This document shows positions 58,056 to 64,000 of a stretch of DNA of 64,000 nt, piece by piece; within the stretch, counting starts at the first letter, position 1; the number at the start of each line of letters is the position of its first letter. Source of the DNA: a virus (taxonomy: Duplodnaviria; Heunggongvirae; Uroviricota; Caudoviricetes); the IMG/VR virus record IMGVR_UViG_3300043395_001986, positions 32,001 to 96,000 of that record; one strand, given 5' to 3'. A program made the position numbers and the translations under genes. A model generated the notes under the pieces. That model made no database searches and was not told the DNA's origin. It was given only the letters and a program-made list of their open reading frames with translations.

Positions 58056-58934
58056 ATGAAATCAATAAAACATTCCAAATTTAGAAACACAGGGTTCATA
58101 TTTGAACTTTTAGTTAGACAAGTGACCTCTGATATTCTAAATGGCAGACCAAAATCTATTGCTGAAAATTTATTAAAAAAATATTTTAATTCTAAAACTG
58201 AATTACATAGTGAATTAAAATTATATCAATTTTTGGTTAATGAAAAATACAATGCAGAAAATAGAGCAGAAAAGTTCATTAGTGCTATTTTAGAAACACG
58301 TTCTAAATTAAATGAAAAAAAAATCCTCAGGGAAAAATATGAATTAATAAAAGAAATTAAAGAGAATTATAATTTGGATAGTTTTTTAAATACACAAATT
58401 CCTAATTATAAAGTTTTAGCTTCTATCTATAAAATATTTGAATATAGCTCTACAAAAGATTCATCTGCAATATACGACCCTAAAGACGTATTAAATACAA
58501 AATTAACAATTGTAGAACACATTATTTCTAAACCAGCCGGAAAAGGAAATTCAGAAGAAAAAATATACGAATCTTTTAAAAAAGAAGATAAAGATATTAG
58601 AGATTTGAGTTATAAAATTTTAGTTGATTCATTTAATAAAAAATATAAAACATTAGATGAATCTCAAAAAAGTTTATTAAAAACATATATCAATTCTTAT
58701 ACAAATGAAGATTCTTTATCTGAAAACATTAAGAAAAAAGTAACCGAACTTAAGAATGAATTTATAGCTATTTCAAAAAACATCAATGATAAAGTAACCA
58801 AAATTAAATTGGCCGAAACTGTCAATCAACTTAAAAAAATTGGTGAAACTAAAAAAATCAAAGATTCTCATATTTCAGCTATAATGATTTCTTATGAATT
58901 AAAAAAGGAATTATTAAATGCAATTGGAAAATAA
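58056..58934 (+). CDS. Hypothetical head-module protein
   Basis: 292-aa ORF between portal and protease, with its own TATTTATA motif. Confidence 0.65.
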   Translation: MKSIKHSKFRNTGFIFELLVRQVTSDILNGRPKSIAENLLKKYFNSKTELHSELKLYQFLVNEKYNAENRAEKFISAILETRSKLNEKKILREKYELIKEIKENYNLDSFLNTQIPNYKVLASIYKIFEYSSTKDSSAIYDPKDVLNTKLTIVEHIISKPAGKGNSEEKIYESFKKEDKDIRDLSYKILVDSFNKKYKTLDESQKSLLKTYINSYTNEDSLSENIKKKVTELKNEFIAISKNINDKVTKIKLAETVNQLKKIGETKKIKDSHISAIMISYELKKELLNAIGK

Positions 58935-59607
58935 ACATCTTTTAAAACTTAAAGAGTTAATAAATAAATTAGCGTTAGAAGAAGATGGTGAAGCCGCGAC
59001 AACCGGTAACACTACATCTTCTTTCGACATTTATAATACTCCAAATGCATTTTCAAAAGGCAAAGACCAAAAGAAAAGACACGATAAGAAATTAGCGGAT
59101 TTGGCTCATGGCCAAGTTGTTTCAGAAAATAGATGGATTGAAATGAAAAGTAATCCAAACTATTCCCCAAAACAAAAGATAGGATTAGGTATCAGAGAAG
59201 TTCGTAAACAAATTGATGAAATCGAAAAGTTTATGAAATGGTATGGTATGCTAAAACATGAAAACAATTTATCTAACGAATCTTTTTGGAAACGCACAAA
59301 TAATCATATTTATAAGATAAAGGAGAGATTGGGTAAATTGGGTAATCATATTAATGAATTACAACAAGACCCAAAAAAACTTCGTAACGATATAGAATCT
59401 CTTATTCATAAGTGGGATTTGAAAAGTTACGATACAATGAAAATTCTACCGAATGGTGGATATGCTTTTGTTTTTTCTGACATAAAAGAAGCAGAAAGAC
59501 TACGAAATTTGGGAAGACCAATATTTAAAGCATATGGGTTTGAAGATATAAATTCAAAATCTACACTTAAAGGTGGGGTATTAATAATAAAAAAGATACA
59601 AAACTAA
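58918..59607 (+). CDS. Hypothetical head-module protein
   Basis: 229-aa ORF with LxE sites (LALEE, VVSE). Confidence 0.6.
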   Translation: MQLENKHLLKLKELINKLALEEDGEAATTGNTTSSFDIYNTPNAFSKGKDQKKRHDKKLADLAHGQVVSENRWIEMKSNPNYSPKQKIGLGIREVRKQIDEIEKFMKWYGMLKHENNLSNESFWKRTNNHIYKIKERLGKLGNHINELQQDPKKLRNDIESLIHKWDLKSYDTMKILPNGGYAFVFSDIKEAERLRNLGRPIFKAYGFEDINSKSTLKGGVLIIKKIQN

Positions 59608-59612
59608 ATAAA

Positions 59613-59912
59613 ATGGGAAAACTAACCAGAGAAGCTCTTAAAGGAATTGTAAGAGAAGTAATGAAAGAAGAAGAAGATTACCAAAAAGTATTTCGTAAAG
59701 TAATGGCAAAATATGGTATTAACTCACCAGATGAATTGCAATCAGATGATGAAAAGAAAAAATTCTTTACAACTGTCGATACTATTTACAAAGCAAAAAC
59801 GGAAGCATTAGTTGGTGGACAAAAAGAATTAGATGTTGATGGTGATGGTAAAATTGGTGGCGATGATTTGGCAAAATTAAGAGCAAGTAAGAACGAAAGT
59901 AAAAAGAAATAA
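59613..59912 (+). CDS. Small prohead-core-like protein with EF-hand-like loop
   Basis: ELDVDGDGKIGGDDL (DxDxDG); immediately upstream of the protease. Confidence 0.6.
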   Translation: MGKLTREALKGIVREVMKEEEDYQKVFRKVMAKYGINSPDELQSDDEKKKFFTTVDTIYKAKTEALVGGQKELDVDGDGKIGGDDLAKLRASKNESKKK

Positions 59913-59916
59913 TTAA

Positions 59917-60501
59917 ATGAATAAGAATTTAATCATTGAACATAGATTATTCGAAGGAGTAGTTGAAGAAAAAGATGGTTCTTTTTTGGTTAAAGGTGTC
60001 TTACAAAGAGCAGATGCTGAAAACCAAAATGGTAGAGTATATCCATTTCCTATATTACAAAGAGAAGCTACAAAATACGAAACTTTAATAAATGAGCGTA
60101 GAGCATTGGGTGAATTAGACCATCCAGATTCTGCGGTTATTAATTTAAAAAATGTTTCCCATAATGTAAGAGAAATGAAATGGGATGGTAAAGATTTAGT
60201 TGGAGTAGTTGAAGTATTATCAACACCAGCAGGAAATATTTTAAAAGAATTATTTAAAAATAATATTCGTTTAGGTATTAGTAGTAGAGGATTGGGGTCT
60301 GTAAAACCTATTGGAGAAAACAAAGTAGTAGTTCAAGAAGATTTTGAATTAATTGGATTTGATTTTGTATCTAATCCATCAACACATGGTGCATTTTTAT
60401 CACCTGTAAATGAAAGCGTTAACAAAGGAATAGTAGATGAGTGTGGTAAGTGGTGCAAGGCACAAGATTTAATGAGAAACATTATAGAAGAATTAAACTA
60501 A
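59917..60501 (+). CDS. Prohead protease (T4 gp21-like)
   Basis: NGRVYP, GELDHP, VSH, GISSRGLGS, DFVSNPS. Confidence 0.95.
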   Translation: MNKNLIIEHRLFEGVVEEKDGSFLVKGVLQRADAENQNGRVYPFPILQREATKYETLINERRALGELDHPDSAVINLKNVSHNVREMKWDGKDLVGVVEVLSTPAGNILKELFKNNIRLGISSRGLGSVKPIGENKVVVQEDFELIGFDFVSNPSTHGAFLSPVNESVNKGIVDECGKWCKAQDLMRNIIEELN

Positions 60502-60505
60502 AAAA

Positions 60506-60877
60506 ATGGAACAACTAGCATCTTTATTTTTTCATAGTAGAACACAGGCACATGTATTCCATTTAGGAGTTAAAGGACCTGGTTCATTTGCAGCACATAA
60601 AGCATTACAAGAATATTACGAAGGTATCGTTGATTTGATTGATGGTTTAGTTGAATCATATCAAGGTAAAAATGGTTTAATTAAATTTCAAGTAGTAAAT
60701 GGAATTGATAACAATTGTGATATCAAAAACATAATTTCTTATTTTGAAAAACTATGTAAAGCATTAGAAAAATTAAGAAAAGATGATAAATTGCAAGATA
60801 GTTGGATTCAAAATGACATAGATAATATAGCAACATTGTTATATTCAACAAAATATAAATTAGAAAATTTAGCATAA
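60506..60877 (+). CDS. Ferritin/Dps-like four-helix protein (DUF5856-like)
   Basis: HVFH..SFAAHKAL..YYE..D.L.E.YQG, TKYKL. Confidence 0.7.
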   Translation: MEQLASLFFHSRTQAHVFHLGVKGPGSFAAHKALQEYYEGIVDLIDGLVESYQGKNGLIKFQVVNGIDNNCDIKNIISYFEKLCKALEKLRKDDKLQDSWIQNDIDNIATLLYSTKYKLENLA

Positions 60878-60878
60878 T

Positions 60879-61145
60879 ATGATAAAGTTAGGAGCAATGG
60901 TTACTTCGATAGTAACACCAAAAGCAGTAGGAGTAGCATCAACGGCCCCAATGGTAGCAGAAAAAAAAGAAATAGTAGTTGAAGCATTTAGCAGACAACA
61001 CTATGAAGAAGTTGCTAAAATAATTAAAGGAATAGGTAGTTCTTCTATGAGAGAAGAATTATGTGGTAAGTTTACAAATCTATTTAAAAAAGATAATAGT
61101 AGATTTGATTCAGATAGATTCGCAGAAGCGTGTAATGTAAAATAA
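60879..61145 (+). CDS. Small protein with MIKL leader
   Basis: Leader then FSRQHY..VA..DNSRFDSDRF..AC. Confidence 0.6.
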   Translation: MIKLGAMVTSIVTPKAVGVASTAPMVAEKKEIVVEAFSRQHYEEVAKIIKGIGSSSMREELCGKFTNLFKKDNSRFDSDRFAEACNVK

Positions 61146-61148
61146 TAA

Positions 61149-61156
61149 TATTTATA
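61149..61156 (+). promoter_or_regulatory. Putative phage late promoter TATTTATA
   Basis: Intergenic, before 61161 and bS21. Confidence 0.5.
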
Positions 61157-61160
61157 TACA

Positions 61161-62009
61161 ATGATAAAGTTAAAATCACTATATAAAGAAAATTTCAATA
61201 ATGATATTCGTAGAAACTTTTTAGAAATAATTTCTACGTTTAATCAATATGGAAAGCAATTAAAAAGAGAACAAGATATTTCTAGTATTGCAGAAAATTT
61301 AAGCGGCATAGCAAATGCAGCTAGAATGTTTTCAGTAAATGAAGCAGAAGATTGGTTTGATGGCATGACCGTTAAAAAAAATATGGAAGCTTTGGGTAAA
61401 ATTGCAGAAGAATTTAAAAAAGTAGCAAGTGAATCAAAAGTGCATGAAGATAGAATGAGTGCATTGTATGATGATATGGGTCACATATTAGGTAGATATT
61501 TTGAAATTGCAGATTTACCAGACGATGCAAAAATAGCACAAGAAGAAGCAGATGCTGAAATGGCTCAAAAACAAGATACATACGATAGAATTAGTGGAGC
61601 GTATGAAAAAGTTAAATCGTATAAAAATAGATTAAAAGAAGTTGCAGCTAAATTGAAGGAAGAGAAGGGTAGAATACAAAATGCTACAACTCACGTTCAA
61701 ATGCACAAAGAAAGATTAAAAGCGGCTAATGAAGATTTAAAATTAAAAAAAGAAAGAATCAGAGAAGCTAATAAAAAAATAAAAGAATCTAAATTAAGAT
61801 TAAAAGGTTTATACGAAAAATACAAAACACCAACAGAGTCAGTAAATGAAATGGAAAATCCTTGTTGGAAAGGATATGAGATGGTTGGCACTAAAATGAA
61901 AAATGGCAGAGAAGTTCCTAATTGCGTACCTAAAAACGAAATAAAAGAAAACAATTGTGGATGTAACAAAAATCACGATTGTGGATGTGGTGGAGTACAT
62001 AAGCACTAA
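61161..62009 (+). CDS. Coiled-coil putative internal head protein with MIKL leader
   Basis: MIKLKSLYKE; long coiled coil; NPCWKGYEMVG.K.K.GREVPNCVP motif; Cys/His tail. Confidence 0.65.
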   Translation: MIKLKSLYKENFNNDIRRNFLEIISTFNQYGKQLKREQDISSIAENLSGIANAARMFSVNEAEDWFDGMTVKKNMEALGKIAEEFKKVASESKVHEDRMSALYDDMGHILGRYFEIADLPDDAKIAQEEADAEMAQKQDTYDRISGAYEKVKSYKNRLKEVAAKLKEEKGRIQNATTHVQMHKERLKAANEDLKLKKERIREANKKIKESKLRLKGLYEKYKTPTESVNEMENPCWKGYEMVGTKMKNGREVPNCVPKNEIKENNCGCNKNHDCGCGGVHKH

Positions 62010-62012
62010 TAT

Positions 62013-62249
62013 ATGTTGATAATAGACGTTAAAGAAGGTAACATAGATAAGGCATTAAAAAAACTTAAAAGAAAATGGCAAGATTCTAAAGCCGTTGAGC
62101 AATTAAGAGATAGAAAAGAATATACTAAGCCATCCGTTACAAAAAGATTAGAGAAAGAAGATGCTGTTAGAAAAAATTTAAAACAGATAAAGAGTACTCT
62201 AGATTTTAAAAAATCAAAAAATATTCCTACAAAATATAAAAAAGTTTAA
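62013..62249 (+). CDS. rpsU: Phage-encoded 30S ribosomal protein bS21
   Basis: MLII.VK..NIDKALKK.KRK..LRDRKEYTKPSVTKR. Confidence 0.92.
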   Translation: MLIIDVKEGNIDKALKKLKRKWQDSKAVEQLRDRKEYTKPSVTKRLEKEDAVRKNLKQIKSTLDFKKSKNIPTKYKKV

Positions 62250-62284
62250 TCTTTTTATAAACTTTGATATATGTATATACAATA

Positions 62285-62430
62285 AATCCTCACAATAGGA
62301 TTACATTTTTATTTTAAGGTTAGTTGATGAATATTTTATCTCTATATAAAATCAACGAAAAACTAACTTAACCGAATTGAAGTTCCCTTTTTATATTTAA
62401 TGACTTCAGAAGACCAAGGACAAATTAACC
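62285..62430 (+). ncRNA. Candidate structured leader RNA of scaffold/capsid operon
   Basis: Largest intergenic gap; three successive stem-loops (62285-302, 62314-371, 62378-408). Confidence 0.45.
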
Positions 62431-63570
62431 ATGGCAAATTCAAAATTATTGAAAGAAGCAATCGCTGATGCAAAAGCTGTAAAAGAAACTGCATTAGCAA
62501 ACGCAAAAATCCAATTAGCTGAAGCTTTCGCCCCAAGATTGTCATCAATGTTATCTAAAAAATTACAAGCAGAAATGCAAGATAATGAAGAAGATGTTGA
62601 AGATGTAAAAGAAGGTGAAGAGATGGATGCTGAAAAGGATGAAGAAAAGCCAGAGAACGTTTATGAGGAATTGACTTCATCAGGAATTGGTAAAGCAGGT
62701 GCGGGTTCTGGTACAGACGGTAAACAACCATCTTACACAGACGATAGTAACACTTTACAATTAGGTTTATCTGATACTGACAAGAAAAATTCAGAAGTAG
62801 GTAAAGAAGATGAAGAATATACTGAAACAGACGATTTAATGGAAGGTGATGAAATGGATTCACAAGAAGATGACGAAAAAATGGCATACGAAGGTGAAGA
62901 AATGGATTCAGAAGAAGATGATTTAGATTTAGACGAAATCATCAAAGAATTAGAAGACGAATTATCTAAAAGCGATGAAGCTGAAGACGCATCTGAAGAA
63001 GAGTGGAAAAACGAAGCAGAAGATGAAGCATCAGCAGAAGACGCTGCAGAAGATGCAGCTGAATACAAAGCTGAAGGAGAAGACGCTGAAGATTCTAAAG
63101 ATGACATGATTGACATCGAAGAAATCATCAAAGAATTAGAAGATGAAGAAGCTGCTGAAAAAGCTGGTGAAGAAGAAAAATCTAAAGTAGATTCATTATC
63201 ATCAGATTTGGAAGAAGCGTACGGAGTGATTAAGCAATTAAAAAGCACAATCAACGAAGTAAATCTTTTAAACGCAAAATTATTGTTCGCTAACAAATTG
63301 TTTAGAGCATTTAACATGACAAATGAGCAAAAATCTAAAGTAATTGATACATTAGATAGAACTTCAAATGTTAGAGAAGTTAAATTGGTTTATTCAACTT
63401 TAGCAGAATCAATGAAGTTTGGTGCAAATACTCCAGCTAAAAAGAATATCACAGAAGGTATTGCTTCTAAAGCACAAAAGAGTACTGCTCCAGCAAAAGA
63501 AATCATCAGCGAAAACAAATCTGAAGCATTTGCAAACAGATTCAAGCAATTAGCTGGTATTATTAAATAA
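62431..63570 (+). CDS. Prohead scaffold/core protein (T4 gp22-like)
   Basis: Very acidic, many xxE sites, duplicated EIIKELED (62935-57, 63121-43), C-terminal RFKQLAGI; directly before MCP. Confidence 0.85.
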   Translation: MANSKLLKEAIADAKAVKETALANAKIQLAEAFAPRLSSMLSKKLQAEMQDNEEDVEDVKEGEEMDAEKDEEKPENVYEELTSSGIGKAGAGSGTDGKQPSYTDDSNTLQLGLSDTDKKNSEVGKEDEEYTETDDLMEGDEMDSQEDDEKMAYEGEEMDSEEDDLDLDEIIKELEDELSKSDEAEDASEEEWKNEAEDEASAEDAAEDAAEYKAEGEDAEDSKDDMIDIEEIIKELEDEEAAEKAGEEEKSKVDSLSSDLEEAYGVIKQLKSTINEVNLLNAKLLFANKLFRAFNMTNEQKSKVIDTLDRTSNVREVKLVYSTLAESMKFGANTPAKKNITEGIASKAQKSTAPAKEIISENKSEAFANRFKQLAGIIK

Positions 63571-63592
63571 TTAAACAAAAAATTAAATAACA

Positions 63593-64000
63593 ATGGCACA
63601 ATTCGATTTATCAAAATTGATGGAAGGCAAAAACCCACAATCAGTAATGCTTGAGCAAACTAGAGGTTTGAGAAGCAAGTGGGAAAAAACTGGCCTTTTA
63701 GAAGGTATCGGAACTGCAACTGAAAAAGCAGGTATGGCGGTACTTTTAGAAAACCAAGCAAAGCAATTGTTGGATGAAGCAAACTATACTTCAACAACAG
63801 CTGGTAACGAAGAATGGTCTGGAGTGGCTTTACCACTTGTAAGACGTATCTTCGGTGAAATTGCAGCAAAAGAATTCGTTTCAGTACAACCAATGAACTT
63901 ACCTTCAGGTTTGATTTTCTATATGGATTTCAAATATGGTTCTAACCAACCAGGTAACCCATCTTTCCAAAACTCATCATTATTCGGTAGTGGTGGTTTA
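63593..64000 (+). CDS. Major capsid protein (T4 gp23-like), 3'-truncated; not in the ORF track
   Basis: MAQFDLSKLMEG..KWEKTGLLEG..MAVLLENQ..LPLVRR..VQPMNLPSGLIFY, open to window end. Confidence 0.93.
   Translation, partial: MAQFDLSKLMEGKNPQSVMLEQTRGLRSKWEKTGLLEGIGTATEKAGMAVLLENQAKQLLDEANYTSTTAGNEEWSGVALPLVRRIFGEIAAKEFVSVQPMNLPSGLIFYMDFKYGSNQPGNPSFQNSSLFGSGGL

Noticed and set aside
61986-62012. Strong SD upstream of phage rpsU, as in host autoregulation
   Set aside because: GGTGGAG ends 17 nt before ATG and encodes GG(V) of the upstream gene; spacing unsuitable
1216-63893. All minus-strand ORFs in the track (e.g. 52362..52799, 59913..60323, 62733..63317)
   Set aside because: Each lies antisense to a well-supported + strand gene, has mirror composition (Ser/Phe/Leu-rich) and shows no motifs
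1-64000. tRNA/rRNA genes and stop-codon recoding
   Set aside because: No gap with cloverleaf features seen; genes are full-length under code 11

Overview
Fragment of a large, AT-rich, T4-like (myovirus-type) phage genome. All credible genes are on the + strand and tightly packed with TAATG/ATGA overlaps. Order: baseplate/tail module (1-18.4 kb); replication/recombination islet (T7-type endonuclease I, primase, fused Mre11-Rad50; 18.4-23.0 kb); tail fibre with S74 chaperone (23.0-27.4 kb); ~20 kb glycan-synthesis/tailoring island (27.4-48.0 kb); a 1360-aa multi-enzyme protein; then the head module (TerL, portal, prohead protease, ribosomal protein bS21, scaffold, start of major capsid protein). 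Three TTTG-N20-TAnnTTTG promoters, A-rich SD-less starts and a Bacteroidota-like bS21 point to a Bacteroidota host. Best candidates for undescribed biology: (i) a phage-encoded virion glycosylation system, i.e. the island plus a recurring [S/T]-[G/A]-S tripeptide in tail/baseplate proteins that may be its sequon; (ii) a capsid-packaged, protease-processed polyprotein carrying four enzyme folds; (iii) a bS21 lacking the anti-SD-locking Tyr, next to a structured leader RNA of the scaffold/capsid operon. All calls come from motif recognition by eye; no searches were run.
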